A DNA stretch of 64,000 nucleotides from an uncultured Alphaproteobacteria bacterium (GCA_963824305.1 CAWGOW010000002.1:118413-182412), one strand, 5' to 3'; numbered from the stretch's first letter, positions 14,156-27,261 are shown. Translations and numbers: made by a program. The notes: generated from the letters alone by a model not told the origin.

Positions 14156-16188
14156 CGGCCAGATCCTTACCTCTCGCCCATCGTCCCAAGGTGACGCACG
14201 CCGATATGTCGAACGCAATCCGCTTTCTGGCAATTGACGCCGTTGAACAAGCCAGGTCAGGCCACCCGGGCATGCCGATGGGCATGGCTGACGTCGCCAC
14301 GGTGTTGTTTTCGCGTTTCCTGAAATTCGATGCTGCCGATCCGTCCTGGCCGGATCGCGACCGCTTCGTGCTGTCGGCCGGTCACGGCTCGATGCTGTTG
14401 TACGCTCTGCTTTACCTGACGGGGTATGAAGGTGTCACGGCGGGCGAACTGAGAGCTTTTCGGCAGTGGGGATCGAAAACGCCCGGCCATCCGGAATACG
14501 GCCACACGCCGGGAGTGGAGACGACGACCGGTCCGCTCGGCCAGGGCATTGCGACGGCGGTCGGCATGGCGCTGGCAGAACGGCTGATGAATGCTCGTTT
14601 CGGCGATCATCTCGTCGATCACTATACGTACGTGATCGCCGGCGATGGTTGCCTGATGGAGGGCCTAAGCCAAGAAGCGATTTCGCTGGCTGGGCACTTG
14701 AAACTCAATCGGCTAATCGTGCTGTTCGATGACAACCAGATTTCGATCGATGGATCGACGTCGCTGTCCTGTTCCGATGACCAGATAGCTCGTTTTTCCG
14801 CCTCGGGATGGTCAGCACGCCGGGTCGACGGGCATGATCCCGAGGCCGTCGCAGCAGCAATTGAGCAGGCTCGACACAATGATCGGCCGTCGTTGATCGC
14901 GTGCCGCACCGTGATCGGTTTTGGCGCCCCAAACCGTCAGGGCAGCGAAAAGGCGCACGGCGCGCCGCTCGGCGCCGATGAAGTGGCCAAGACCCGAGAT
15001 AGGCTGAGTTGGCCTTACCAGCCGTTTCAAGTGCCCGAAGCCGCGCTCGAATCCTGGCGAGAGATTGGTGCGCGAGGGCAGGCCGCGCGCCGGGCCTGGA
15101 TCGAGCGAAGCAAACGATTCTGTTCGGAGGAGCGGTCGTCGTTTCACGACGCGCTCAATCGAAAGCTGCCTTCTGCCTATACAACGGCGATGACGCAACT
15201 CCGGGATCGTTTTGTCTTGGAGCGGCCGACCATCGCTACGCGGCAGGCGTCGCAGCTTGTGATCGATGTGATCGCAGAGGCACTGCCCAATTTGCTTGGT
15301 GGGTCGGCCGATCTGACCCATTCCAATCTCACCCGTGCCAAAACGCAGAAGCCGGTGCGGCACGATCACCTCGAGGGCAACTACATTCATTACGGCGTCC
15401 GCGAGCATGCGATGGCGGCCGCGATGAACGGCATTGCGTTGCACGGTGGCTTTATCCCCTATGGCGGGACTTTTCTGACGTTTGCAGATTACAGCCGGCC
15501 CGCGATCAGGCTCGCCGCCCTGATGCGTATTCGCGTGATCCACGTCATGACTCATGACTCAATCGGCCTAGGCGAGGACGGTCCTACCCATCAACCCGTC
15601 GAACATCTCGCGGCGCTGCGTGCGATCCCCAATTTGCTGGTATTTCGTCCCGGCGACGCCATCGAGACCGCCGAAGCCTGGGACTGTGCGTTGCAGGCGT
15701 TGTCCAGTCCATCGGTGTTGTGCCTTTCGCGGCAATCTCTGCCGGCCTTCCGGACGGTCGCTGGCGGACCCAATCGGGTTGCTCGTGGCGCCTATGTGGT
15801 GGTCGAGCCCGATGGCGGTCGCGACGTGACGTTAATTGCCACGGGATCGGAGGTAGCGATTGCCCTGGAGGCGGCTAAGCGGCTGGCGGAAGACAATGTC
15901 CGCGCCGCGGTCGTTTCAGCACCCTGCTTCGAATTGTTTCGCCAGCAACCGCGTGGCTACCAGGCCGAGGTTCTCGGCAATTCTCCGAGGGTCGGTGTCG
16001 AGGCGGCTGTTGAGGGCGAGTGGGCACGCTGGCTCGGTGATGCCGGCGAATTCGTCGGCATGACCGGCTTCGGTGCGTCAGCGCCAGCCGAAGTATTGTA
16101 CCGCGAGTTCGGCATCACAGCAGCGGCGGTCGAGGCAACGGCCGTACGGTGCCTGGCGCGCTGGCGAATGGCGGTCACCCATTCATGA
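14152..16188 (+). CDS. cbbT: Transketolase
   Basis: 678 aa with the ThDP motif [13 protein letters not shown] and [12 protein letters not shown] overlap with cbbP. Confidence 0.93.
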   Translation: MTARSLPLAHRPKVTHADMSNAIRFLAIDAVEQARSGHPGMPMGMADVATVLFSRFLKFDAADPSWPDRDRFVLSAGHGSMLLYALLYLTGYEGVTAGELRAFRQWGSKTPGHPEYGHTPGVETTTGPLGQGIATAVGMALAERLMNARFGDHLVDHYTYVIAGDGCLMEGLSQEAISLAGHLKLNRLIVLFDDNQISIDGSTSLSCSDDQIARFSASGWSARRVDGHDPEAVAAAIEQARHNDRPSLIACRTVIGFGAPNRQGSEKAHGAPLGADEVAKTRDRLSWPYQPFQVPEAALESWREIGARGQAARRAWIERSKRFCSEERSSFHDALNRKLPSAYTTAMTQLRDRFVLERPTIATRQASQLVIDVIAEALPNLLGGSADLTHSNLTRAKTQKPVRHDHLEGNYIHYGVREHAMAAAMNGIALHGGFIPYGGTFLTFADYSRPAIRLAALMRIRVIHVMTHDSIGLGEDGPTHQPVEHLAALRAIPNLLVFRPGDAIETAEAWDCALQALSSPSVLCLSRQSLPAFRTVAGGPNRVARGAYVVVEPDGGRDVTLIATGSEVAIALEAAKRLAEDNVRAAVVSAPCFELFRQQPRGYQAEVLGNSPRVGVEAAVEGEWARWLGDAGEFVGMTGFGASAPAEVLYREFGITAAAVEATAVRCLARWRMAVTHS

Positions 16189-16216
16189 AATCTCAGTGGA
16201 TTTGAAAGGAACTGCG

Positions 16217-18795
<2,579 letters not shown>

Positions 18796-18807
18796 GGAGC
18801 CGAACTC

Positions 18808-19233
18808 ATGCGCGTTACTCAGGGTTGCTTCTCGTTCCTTCCTGATCTTACCGACGAACAGATTTCCCGGCAGGTCCAGTATTGCCTCGAAAAAGGCTGG
18901 GCGGTGAACATTGAGTTCACCGACGATCCGCACCCGCGCAATACTTATTGGGACATGTGGGGACTGCCGATGTTCGATCTGCGCGATGCCGCCGGCATAC
19001 TGATGGAGCTCAACGAGTGCCGCAAGGTCTATGGCGAACGTTATATCCGCATGTCGGCGTTCAATTCCAGCCACGGCTGGGAATCCGTCAAGCTATCGTT
19101 CATTGTGAACCGCCCGAAGGAGGAGCCGGGATTTCATCTGGAACGGCAGGAAGTCGGCGGCCGCAACATCCGCTACACTACGAGATCCTACGCCGTCGAT
19201 CGCCCCGAAGGCTCGCGCTACGGTGGCAAGTGA
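18808..19233 (+). CDS. cbbS: RuBisCO small subunit (red type)
   Basis: 141 aa with an N-terminus typical of red-type small subunits ([19 protein letters not shown]), immediately after cbbL. Confidence 0.93.
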   Translation: MRVTQGCFSFLPDLTDEQISRQVQYCLEKGWAVNIEFTDDPHPRNTYWDMWGLPMFDLRDAAGILMELNECRKVYGERYIRMSAFNSSHGWESVKLSFIVNRPKEEPGFHLERQEVGGRNIRYTTRSYAVDRPEGSRYGGK

Positions 19234-20183
19234 GCGCGCTGGCCGGTTCACCTGTCGAGGCCCTGGTTGCGACCGATTCGTCCCCGGCGCAGGTCGACCT
19301 GCGTCGCGAGTTCAACGAGGTCGGCATCGGCGAGGTTCTCGATCAGCTTGATCGCGAACTAATCGGACTGAAACCGGTCAAGACCCGCATTCGCGAGATC
19401 GCCTCGCTGCTTCTGATTGAGCGCATCCGCAAGCGCATGAACCTGACGTCGGATGTGCCGACGCTGCACATGTCGTTTACCGGCAACCCCGGTACCGGTA
19501 AGACCACGGTGGCACTACGGATTGCAAGCATTCTCCACAAACTCGGCTTCGTGCGCCGCGGGCAGGTGGTGTCTGTGACACGTGACGAATTGGTCGGCCA
19601 ATATATCGGCCACACTGCGCCAAAGACCAAGGAAATTCTGAAGAAGGCGATGGGCGGCGTCTTGTTCATAGACGAAGCCTATTATTTGCATCGCCCTGAC
19701 AACGAGCGTGATTACGGCCAGGAAGCGATCGAGATCCTGCTGCAGGTAATGGAATCGCAGCGTGAAGATCTGGTGGTGATCCTCGCCGGCTATGGCGATC
19801 GCATGGACAAGTTCTTCGCCAGCAATCCCGGCTTTCGTTCGCGCATCGCCCACCACATTGATTTCCCCGATTATGCCGACGCTGAGTTGCTTGCCATAGC
19901 CGAGTTGATGCTGCGGGACATGAATTACAAGTTCAGTCCCGATGCGCGCGACGCTTTCGTTCGTTACATCGCGTTGCGAAAAACCCAACCGCTGTTTTCC
20001 AATGCGCGCTCGATCCGAAACGCGCTTGACCGCATGCGGTTACGCCAGGCCAATCGACTGGTCGCCGATCTGGATCGTGTGCTGACCGCTGAAGATATCA
20101 TGTCGTTGGAAGCGTCCGACGTATTGGCGAGCAGGGTATTCTCTTACAACCCAATGGCAGAAATTGACCGAAAGAAGACCTGA
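19230..20183 (+). CDS. cbbX: CbbX AAA+ RuBisCO activase (red type)
   Basis: Start at GTG 19230, overlapping the cbbS stop (GTGA). The listed ORF start at 18948 lies inside cbbS. Walker [10 protein letters not shown] and Walker B LFIDEAY are present. 317 aa. Confidence 0.9.
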   Translation: MSALAGSPVEALVATDSSPAQVDLRREFNEVGIGEVLDQLDRELIGLKPVKTRIREIASLLLIERIRKRMNLTSDVPTLHMSFTGNPGTGKTTVALRIASILHKLGFVRRGQVVSVTRDELVGQYIGHTAPKTKEILKKAMGGVLFIDEAYYLHRPDNERDYGQEAIEILLQVMESQREDLVVILAGYGDRMDKFFASNPGFRSRIAHHIDFPDYADAELLAIAELMLRDMNYKFSPDARDAFVRYIALRKTQPLFSNARSIRNALDRMRLRQANRLVADLDRVLTAEDIMSLEASDVLASRVFSYNPMAEIDRKKT

Positions 20184-20262
20184 GTAATCTCGATAGGCAA
20201 GGTAGATCTGTCGGCCGTGTCGCCTCTAGTTGAGTTATCCAACAATAAAGATGGAAGAGGGT

Positions 20263-21327
20263 ATGGCGCGCAACATTCTGATCCTTGGAGCCTCATATGG
20301 CTCTTTGCTGGCAACAAAACTGCTTATGGCTGGTCACAACGTAACTCTCGTCTGCCGCAATAAGACCGCGGAACTCATCAATCGGGACGGAACCGAAGTC
20401 CGTATCAAGCTCCGTGATGAGGCGGCGCACCGGGCGATCTGTTCGCGCGATCTGCCCGGCAAGCTTGACGCCAAAACGCCCGCTAACGTCGAGCTTGCTC
20501 GTTACGATCTGGTGGGCCTTGCCATGCAGGAGCCGCAATACACCAATCATACGATCCGGGTTTTGATGATCAAAATCGCCGAAGCGAAGCTGCCGTGCCT
20601 TTCGATCATGAATATGCCGCCCTTGCCCTATCTGAAACGGATACCGGCATTGGCGGAAATGGATCTGGAGGAAGCCTACACCAACGCCCAGGTATGGGAG
20701 CGTTTCGAGCCAGGGCTTGTCTCGCTTTGCTCGCCTGATCCGCAGGCCTTTCGGCCACCGGACGAGGCTGCGAATGTGCTTCATGTCGGCCTGCCAACAA
20801 ACTTCAAGGCAGCGGCATTCGCGGATGCGAGCCATAATCGCCTGCTTCGGGAACTGGAAGCGGACATCGACGCGGTGACACTGGACGGACACGACGTTCC
20901 AGTGAAGCTCAAGGTGTTCGATTCGCTGTTCGTGCCTTTGGCAAAATGGTCGATGCTTTTGACCGGGAATTACCGCTGCATCACGGCGCACGAGCCGCAA
21001 TCGATCCGAGACGCGGTACACGACGATCTGGAACTTTCGCAATCGATCTATGAGCACGTAGATGCCATCGCCCGGCGCCTTGGTGCCGATCCGAAAGACC
21101 AGGTGCCTTTCGAGAAGTACGCCAAAGCGGCAGAAAGCCTTCTTAAGCCTTCATCGGCGGCGCGGGCGGTTGCTAACGGAGCCCCCTTCATCGAGCGGGT
21201 CGACTTGCTCGTGAAGTTGATCTCGCACGAGCTCGGAGTTCCCTCTGACGAGATCGACCACACGGTCCAGGTAGTCGATCAAAAGCTCAATGAGAAAATC
21301 GTGGAGGGTGGATCCGGGACGCTGTGA
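20263..21327 (+). CDS. Uncharacterised protein with an N-terminal Rossmann-like fold (ApbA/PanE-like topology) and an atypical glycine motif GASYGS
   Basis: ATG 20263 is preceded by GGAAGAGGG. The N-terminus is NILILGASYGSLLATKLLMAGHNVTLVCR. I recognise no closer family. Confidence 0.5.
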   Translation: MARNILILGASYGSLLATKLLMAGHNVTLVCRNKTAELINRDGTEVRIKLRDEAAHRAICSRDLPGKLDAKTPANVELARYDLVGLAMQEPQYTNHTIRVLMIKIAEAKLPCLSIMNMPPLPYLKRIPALAEMDLEEAYTNAQVWERFEPGLVSLCSPDPQAFRPPDEAANVLHVGLPTNFKAAAFADASHNRLLRELEADIDAVTLDGHDVPVKLKVFDSLFVPLAKWSMLLTGNYRCITAHEPQSIRDAVHDDLELSQSIYEHVDAIARRLGADPKDQVPFEKYAKAAESLLKPSSAARAVANGAPFIERVDLLVKLISHELGVPSDEIDHTVQVVDQKLNEKIVEGGSGTL

Positions 21328-21379
21328 CTAGGGTACGCCAAAGACTTCGAGGACAATTACACGGTAACTCCCGGATACG

Positions 21380-21859
21380 ATGCGACGACTTTTAAAGTTC
21401 ATGCATACAATAGGGGCAATCGGGTTCATGGGCGCGATGGCGTCCCTGCTCGTACTGCTCAGTTTTACTCCAGCGCCGGCTTCGCTTTCGGAATATGCGT
21501 TGATGCGCACCGCGATGGGTGGCATCGCGACCTGGATATTCCTCCCCTCACTCGGGCTCACATTGGTTGCCGGCTTGCTCGCCATGGGCATGAACGGCGT
21601 TTATCAAAGCGCCGGTTGGGCTTGGGCTAAACTTGCTTCGGGCATCTTGGTTTTCGAATGGGGCTTTGCGGCCATTCAGGGGCCGATGCAACAGGAAGCA
21701 GAACTTAGCGCCCGCGCCTTGGCCCACGAGGTCGACCCTGCCACTCTCGCGGCATCGCTTGGTGCCGAATGGAATTCGCTCTCGGTCATGCTTGCGGTGG
21801 CGACGGCAAATGTGATTTTAGGCGTATGGCGGCCGCGCATGACAAGGCTTCCGGACTGA
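21380..21859 (+). CDS. Small integral membrane protein (about 4 TM, DUF-type)
   Basis: 159 aa with four hydrophobic stretches and no catalytic motif. Confidence 0.5.
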   Translation: MRRLLKFMHTIGAIGFMGAMASLLVLLSFTPAPASLSEYALMRTAMGGIATWIFLPSLGLTLVAGLLAMGMNGVYQSAGWAWAKLASGILVFEWGFAAIQGPMQQEAELSARALAHEVDPATLAASLGAEWNSLSVMLAVATANVILGVWRPRMTRLPD

Positions 21860-22159
21860 GCCGATGTTTGGACCAAAAACCGCAATCCTCCCAGCGAGCG
21901 TGGCCTGGAGCGTCGGTATCATTTTCTCAGCGTCATCTCTCAAGGACAGTGTTGGCAGGCAGAAAGTGCAACCAAAAAATGCACTGGTTAGGCTGTCAAC
22001 AAAAGAGAACAAAGATACACCACACGCAAGACGTCGCTGGCTGCCATCGTTTCAAGGGGAATGTAGCGAAAGCACTTCTCCTCCGTGGCTCTGTTTTTTC
22101 GACCAAGCGCACTACCAGACCGGCCAAGCAGGACCGCGTGCACGAAACGCAAAACGCAG

Positions 22160-23203
22160 GTGCCCCTGAGATTCCACGTATTCGACATCAGCCTTCGCGC
22201 CTTGATCGCAGGTGGCTTTGTGGTTGGCGCCGCCGTCACCACGGCAGGCGCCCAGACCATTCATGAGATCAAGCCGACGCCCTCGACCGTCGTCTACGGC
22301 TATTACGATGCCAAGCAGAAGCCGGTGCTGACCATCGATTCCGGCGACATAGTGCGGTTGTGGACCGCGACCGGCAACCCGAAGTATTTCGAAAGCATCG
22401 GGGTGCCAAAGGAGAAGATCCCTCAAGAGCTCTACACCGCCTTCGCGGGCGCGCCCGACGATAGCCGCGGTGATCACACCATGGACGGACCGATCTTCGT
22501 CAAAGGCGCCGAGGTCGGCGACACCATTGAGGTGAAGCTCCGCTCCATCGAACTGTGGCTGCCGATCGCCGCCATGAGCACGCGCGCCAATCGCGGCTCG
22601 CTGCCGGAGGATTTCCCGTATTCGCGCGACCGCGTCGTCTATCTCGATCTCGAACACAACACTATCGACTTCGCGCCCGGCGTCGTCATCCCAGCACGGC
22701 CGTTCTGGGGCGACATCGGGGTGGCGCCGCCGCCGTCGATGGGTCGCATTCTGCCGGGCCCGCCCAACGTCAATGGCGGCAACATGGACAATCACGACCT
22801 GCGGCCCGGTACCAGCCTGTTTCTGCCGGTCCACGTGCCGGGCGCGCTGTTGTCGGTGAGCGACGGCCACGCCGCCCAGGGCAATGGCGAAGTCGGCATG
22901 TCGGCGGTTGAAACCTCGCTCAAAGGCGAAATCCAGGTGGTGCTCCACAAGGGCGTGCACACCGGCTGGCCGCGCGCCGAGACCCCCACCCACTACATGA
23001 CCATGGGTTTCCACGAGGACCTCAACCAGGCCGCCAAGATCGCGATCCGCGAGATGGTCAATTTCATCGCCGACACCAAGGGCCTGTCGCGCGACGACGC
23101 CTACATGCTGTGCTCGGCTGCCATGGACCTCAACGTGACCCAGGTGGTCGACGGCACCAAGGGCGTGCACGCCATGATGCCGAAGTCGATCTTCACGAAG
23201 TAG
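22160..23203 (+). CDS. Acetamidase/formamidase-family protein with a probable N-terminal signal peptide
   Basis: FmdA/AmdA-type motifs are present (NMDNHDLRPGTSLFLPV, SVSDGHAAQGNGEV). The start is uncertain: GTG 22160 gives a signal-like N-terminus ending AGA-QT, and GTG 22085 is the longest ORF. Confidence 0.75.
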   Translation: MPLRFHVFDISLRALIAGGFVVGAAVTTAGAQTIHEIKPTPSTVVYGYYDAKQKPVLTIDSGDIVRLWTATGNPKYFESIGVPKEKIPQELYTAFAGAPDDSRGDHTMDGPIFVKGAEVGDTIEVKLRSIELWLPIAAMSTRANRGSLPEDFPYSRDRVVYLDLEHNTIDFAPGVVIPARPFWGDIGVAPPPSMGRILPGPPNVNGGNMDNHDLRPGTSLFLPVHVPGALLSVSDGHAAQGNGEVGMSAVETSLKGEIQVVLHKGVHTGWPRAETPTHYMTMGFHEDLNQAAKIAIREMVNFIADTKGLSRDDAYMLCSAAMDLNVTQVVDGTKGVHAMMPKSIFTK

Positions 23204-23418
23204 GGGGTATCGGGAAGGCTGGCTCGGTCATGAATAGGGGCGGCGGTCTCAGCGTCGACGCCGCGGCGAACGGAGTGGATCACGAAGATGGCGACCGATG
23301 GACCCGCCGCGATCTGACTTCCGATCAAGGCCAAACAGCGACTTCGAGCATCATGGTGGCCGAGTCCGCTCTTACCGCGATAGTGGTCGTCGGATAGGGA
23401 TTCTGAAATCAGTAAAAT

Positions 23419-23510
23419 GGAGTCAGTTCGCGAACTGATAAGGAAAGAGCAGAAAGGGAGTCAGTTCGCCAACTGATAAGGTTTTCGTACCTTCTTTATC
23501 AGTCGTTGCG
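23419..23510. repeat. Intergenic hairpin-repeat element: two 25-nt direct copies (GGAGTCAGTTCGCsAACTGATAAGG, period 38 nt) plus an imperfect inverted arm
   Basis: The copies lie at 23419-23443 and 23457-23481. The first contains the perfect 16-bp palindrome TCAGTTCGCGAACTGA (23423-23438). The inverted arm CCTTCTTTATCAGTCGTTGCG lies at 23490-23510. The 16-mer ACTGATAAGGTTTTCG (23472-23487) recurs exactly at 50449-50464. Confidence 0.8.
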
Positions 23511-23603
23511 ACAGTGGCGTCGGCCCCTTACCGACTTCTTCCGTAACATCTCACCTGCATATTTTTTCAGGAGCCAGATGGCTACTCAGCGAGCGGCCGC
23601 ACG

Positions 23604-24494
23604 CTACGACCTGCCAATTTCTAGAGTTAGCCATCGCATAAAGCTTGTTACCTTTCGATTTTGAACCGCGCTTTTCCGCCAGATGGCAAAATAGGCAAGC
23701 GGCCGGGTCAGCGGTCGATCGAACAAAGGTACGAGCGTGCCAGCGGCGATATCATCCTTGAGCAAAAGGGTCTGGCCCATCGAGATGCCGATTCCTTCGA
23801 TAGCGGCCTCGTAGGCTAGCATCGAGTTGGGATACAGCGTGCCTTCCGTAAGCAGATCAGATCGGTTGACGGATGCCAACCAGTCCGTCCAGTCCTTGCG
23901 GCGGTAGTGGGAATGCAACAAGTGTTGACCGCGCAATCCGTTGATCGATCGGAGTTCAGGATGCTTTTGTAGGAATTTCGGGCTGCAGACGGGCTGAATG
24001 ACGTCGCGGATTAAGAGCTGTTTTTCGACACCGCGCCAGTCGCCGCGGCCAAACTGGATGGCAAGATCTATATCGTCACGCGCAAAATTGACGTTCTCGA
24101 CGGAAGCGTCGAGCTTTACGCTGATCTTCGGATGCAACTCCTGGAATTTCGGCAGGCGCTTGATCAGCCATTTGGCGGCAAACGTTGTGTAGATCCGAAG
24201 CCGTAGCGGCTCCGCGCGTCGATTTCTCAGCGCCGCGCTCGCTGCCCGGATCATGGTGAAAGCCGGTGCGATGGCGTCGCGATAGGTTCGGCCTTCTTTC
24301 GTTAACCTCACGCCGTGGCGTTCCCGTACGAAAAGCTGTGCGTCCAGCGCTGCTTCCAGCGTGGCGATCTGACGGCTCACAGCCGATTGCGTCACGCCCA
24401 ATTCGGCTGCGGCTTCGGTGAAGCTTTCGAGCCGCGCCGCAACTTCGAACACGCGCAACGGGTTGAGGGGAGGGATGGCTTGCACGCGGCTCAT
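23604..24494 (-). CDS. LysR-family transcriptional regulator (GcvA-like)
   Basis: 296 aa with an N-terminal wHTH (LRVFEVAARLESFTEAAAELGVTQSAVSRQI), divergent from an acyl-CoA dehydrogenase gene. Confidence 0.85.
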   Translation of the reverse strand: MSRVQAIPPLNPLRVFEVAARLESFTEAAAELGVTQSAVSRQIATLEAALDAQLFVRERHGVRLTKEGRTYRDAIAPAFTMIRAASAALRNRRAEPLRLRIYTTFAAKWLIKRLPKFQELHPKISVKLDASVENVNFARDDIDLAIQFGRGDWRGVEKQLLIRDVIQPVCSPKFLQKHPELRSINGLRGQHLLHSHYRRKDWTDWLASVNRSDLLTEGTLYPNSMLAYEAAIEGIGISMGQTLLLKDDIAAGTLVPLFDRPLTRPLAYFAIWRKSAVQNRKVTSFMRWLTLEIGRS

Positions 24495-24500
24495 TCAGAT

Positions 24501-24515
24501 ATGAGAAAAGATCAT
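24501..24515. promoter_or_regulatory. Candidate LTTR box ATGA-N7-TCAT (T-N11-A)
   Basis: ATGAGAAAAGATCAT lies 7 nt upstream of the LysR start codon, in the divergent intergenic region. Confidence 0.4.
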
Positions 24516-24634
24516 GGCAGCATAAGCTCTGGGAAGTTGCCAGACAAGGTGGGGACGGGCAGCAACCAAGATAGCCACGCCGAATGGCGTTTACGACCGC
24601 GAACCGTCCGCGGTCGGGCTGTAAGGATTTTCGC

Positions 24635-25804
24635 ATGCATTTTGAATTCGACGAGGAACAACGGCTTTTCGCGCAGTCGGTTCGCCGCTTTGCGGAGACA
24701 AACTTGGCCAAGGACGCGCTCAAGCGAGCGCACACGCCTGGCTTTCCGCTTGATATCGCGCCCATGTTGGCCGGGCAGGGACTGCTGGGTATCACCATTC
24801 CTGTCGAGGACGGCGGCCTGGGCGGCTCCTTGATGGATGCAGTGATCGCGATCGAACAGGTGGCCTTGGTTTGTCCGCGCAGCGCCGACGTGGTGCAGGC
24901 GGGCAACTTCGGGCCGATCCGCACATTTGCCGAGTATGCGACGCCAGATCAGAAGGCCCGCTTCTTGGGCGATCTATTGGCCGGAAAATCGGTCATCAGT
25001 CTTGGCATGACGGAGCCCGAGGCGGGATCCGCCGTGACAGAACTGCGCACGACCGCGACGATCTCAGGTAATGAGGTGATCCTCAATGGGACAAAGATCT
25101 TTTCGACCCACAGCCCCGATGCATCGATTTTTCTCGTCTACGTTCGTTTCGCGCCTGGGCTCGACGGTATCGGCTCGGTGCTGGTGGAAAGGAATTCACC
25201 GGGCTTTTCGCTTGGGCAGCCATCCGGTTTCATGGGCGGCGAACAATGGTGCCAGTTGTACTTCGAGAATTGCCGCATTCCGAGAGCCAATATGTTGCTC
25301 GGCGAGGGCGGCTTCAAGAAGCAGATCGCGGGATTCAACGTCGAGCGCATCGGCAATTCGGCGCGTTCGCTGGCGCTTGGGCGTTACGCCTTCAACCTCG
25401 CGCGCGAATATGCCGCCGTCCGCAAGCAATTCGGCCGGCCGCTCTGCGAGTTCCAGGGCTTGCAGTGGAAGTTTGCGGACATGGCGCTCAAGCTCGAATC
25501 TGCGCAGCTCCTGCTTTACCGCGCCGCAACCAATGCCGAAGGCCGGCTGCCATCGGGCTATGAGACGACGGTAGCCAAACTTGCCTGCAACCAGGCCGGC
25601 TTCGAGGTCGCCAATGAGGCCATGCAAATTTTAGGTGGTCTCGGTTATAGCGAAGAGTCGTTGGCCGAGTATTGTATGCGCAGGACCCGTGGATGGATGA
25701 TTGCCGGCGGTTCGATCGAGATGATGAAGAACCGGGTTGCCGAAAGCATTTTTGATCGCCGGTTCGATCAGCGGGCTGCCAAGGCGAGCGCGAAAGCAGG
25801 ATAG
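24635..25804 (+). CDS. Acyl-CoA dehydrogenase
   Basis: Start at ATG 24635 (MHFEFDEEQRLFAQSVRRFAE). 389 aa with typical ACAD layout and a C-terminal GGSIEMMKN-type motif. Confidence 0.85.
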   Translation: MHFEFDEEQRLFAQSVRRFAETNLAKDALKRAHTPGFPLDIAPMLAGQGLLGITIPVEDGGLGGSLMDAVIAIEQVALVCPRSADVVQAGNFGPIRTFAEYATPDQKARFLGDLLAGKSVISLGMTEPEAGSAVTELRTTATISGNEVILNGTKIFSTHSPDASIFLVYVRFAPGLDGIGSVLVERNSPGFSLGQPSGFMGGEQWCQLYFENCRIPRANMLLGEGGFKKQIAGFNVERIGNSARSLALGRYAFNLAREYAAVRKQFGRPLCEFQGLQWKFADMALKLESAQLLLYRAATNAEGRLPSGYETTVAKLACNQAGFEVANEAMQILGGLGYSEESLAEYCMRRTRGWMIAGGSIEMMKNRVAESIFDRRFDQRAAKASAKAG

Positions 25805-25812
25805 GACGAACG

Positions 25813-27216
25813 ATGCTGCGAACACCCGATACCGCTGCAAAGCAAACTTCTCCGGGGCAGGGCACGGCGGGAATCGTCGCGCTGGTGCAAGGTTTGAAAT
25901 GGGATGGACTTGATGCCGACGTGAAGCACGCCGCTAAGCGCCACTTCCTTGATACGCTTGGTGTAATCATCGCGGGCGCCAGCGGCGATCTCGCCGACCG
26001 CGCCGAAGATGTGCTCGCGAAAGTGCGCGCTGCGGGCTCCATTCCTGTGCCCGGACGCCGCCGCTGCGCCGACCTGCTGGATGCGGCCTATATCGCCGGC
26101 ACGGCCGGTCACGGCATCGAACTCGATGACGGCTACCGCCGGGGTTCGGTGCATCCGGGCGTGGTGACGGTGCCCGCCATCATTTCGCTCGGCTATCAGG
26201 CCGGCGTCAGCGGCCGCGCGGCGCTCGAGGCCACCGTCATCGGCTATGAGGCGGTTGCGGCGATTGCGCGCGCCTGCCATCCCGATTTGCGTCAGCGTGG
26301 CTTTCATCCGACCGGCGCGGTTGGTGTGTTCGGTGCAGCGGCGGCTTCAGCGCGTTTGCTCGCGCTGCCGGCAGCGCAAATTTTCAATGCACTGGGAATC
26401 GCGGCCAGCAGCGCGGCTGGAATCTTTGCCTTCATCAACGGCGGTGCGGACATCAAGCGGCTGCACGCAGGCCACGCGTCGCGCGACGGCTTGCAGGCAG
26501 CGCTTCAGGCGCAGGCTGGCATCGAAGGGCCGCCGGATGTGCTCGAAGTCCGCGACGGATTTACGCAGGCTTTCGCCTTCGGCCGCGGGGGCAAAGCGAG
26601 AGTGGTCGAGCTGTTTCCCGCACAGCCCCTTAGCATTACCGATTGCTACATCAAGCCTTACGCTTGCTGCCGCCACATTCAGCCAGCGGTTGAGGCGCTG
26701 ATTGAACTTATGAATGACAATAAGCTTTCGGCCGGCGACGTGCGCGACGTTCAGGTCGACACCTACAGCATTGCCGCCGAACACGCTCATACCGGATGGC
26801 AGGATTACGCCAGCGCGCAATTGAGCTTTCCCTACATCATGGCGCTTGGCATGAAGTACCGATGGATCAAGGTCGAGCACTTTGAAGACAAGACGCGCCT
26901 TGATCCGGAAATGGCCCGGCTAGGCGGTCTGATTCACGTCGATGCCAGCGCCGAGATGGATCGGCTCTATCCGGAAAATCGTCCTGCGCGTGTCAGCATC
27001 ACGACGGACCGAGGCACGTTCCAAAAGCAGGCGATGGAGGCGCTCGGCGCGCGCGAAGTGCCGCTCGACGATCGAGGCTTGGCGAACAAGTTTCACGATT
27101 TGGTTGATCCCGTCCTTGGAAAGAGCCGGGCCGGCACATTGCTCGACGGCCTATGGCGCCTTGAGGAGGCGAGTGATATTTGCAGCCTGCTGGACTCGAC
27201 CGTGGTGCCCGGCTAA
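25813..27216 (+). CDS. MmgE/PrpD-family protein (2-methylcitrate dehydratase-like fold, function unknown)
   Basis: 467 aa with family-typical segments (HFLDTLGVIIAG, GHGIELDD, FHPTGAVG, KRLHAGHASRDG). Confidence 0.8.
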   Translation: MLRTPDTAAKQTSPGQGTAGIVALVQGLKWDGLDADVKHAAKRHFLDTLGVIIAGASGDLADRAEDVLAKVRAAGSIPVPGRRRCADLLDAAYIAGTAGHGIELDDGYRRGSVHPGVVTVPAIISLGYQAGVSGRAALEATVIGYEAVAAIARACHPDLRQRGFHPTGAVGVFGAAAASARLLALPAAQIFNALGIAASSAAGIFAFINGGADIKRLHAGHASRDGLQAALQAQAGIEGPPDVLEVRDGFTQAFAFGRGGKARVVELFPAQPLSITDCYIKPYACCRHIQPAVEALIELMNDNKLSAGDVRDVQVDTYSIAAEHAHTGWQDYASAQLSFPYIMALGMKYRWIKVEHFEDKTRLDPEMARLGGLIHVDASAEMDRLYPENRPARVSITTDRGTFQKQAMEALGAREVPLDDRGLANKFHDLVDPVLGKSRAGTLLDGLWRLEEASDICSLLDSTVVPG

Positions 27217-27261
27217 GGCGCGGTGATTGCCGCCAATCACCGAGCCATTGTCGTAGGCGCT

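Noticed and set aside
22112-23170. A 352-aa minus-strand ORF opposite the formamidase-family gene
   Set aside because: It is an antisense shadow. The + strand protein carries the FmdA/AmdA motifs.
23110-23397. A 95-aa + strand ORF overlapping the 3' end of the formamidase gene and extending into the gap
   Set aside because: It starts inside the formamidase gene in another frame. The composition is Gly/Asp/Arg-rich, with no SD and no family resemblance.
23417-23476. A 19-codon ORF (MESVRELIRKEQKGSQFAN) running through the two direct repeat copies
   Set aside because: The repeat period of 38 nt is not a multiple of 3, so the two copies are read in different frames. The ATG is preceded by an A-rich stretch with no SD. 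A DNA- or RNA-level repeat explains it better.
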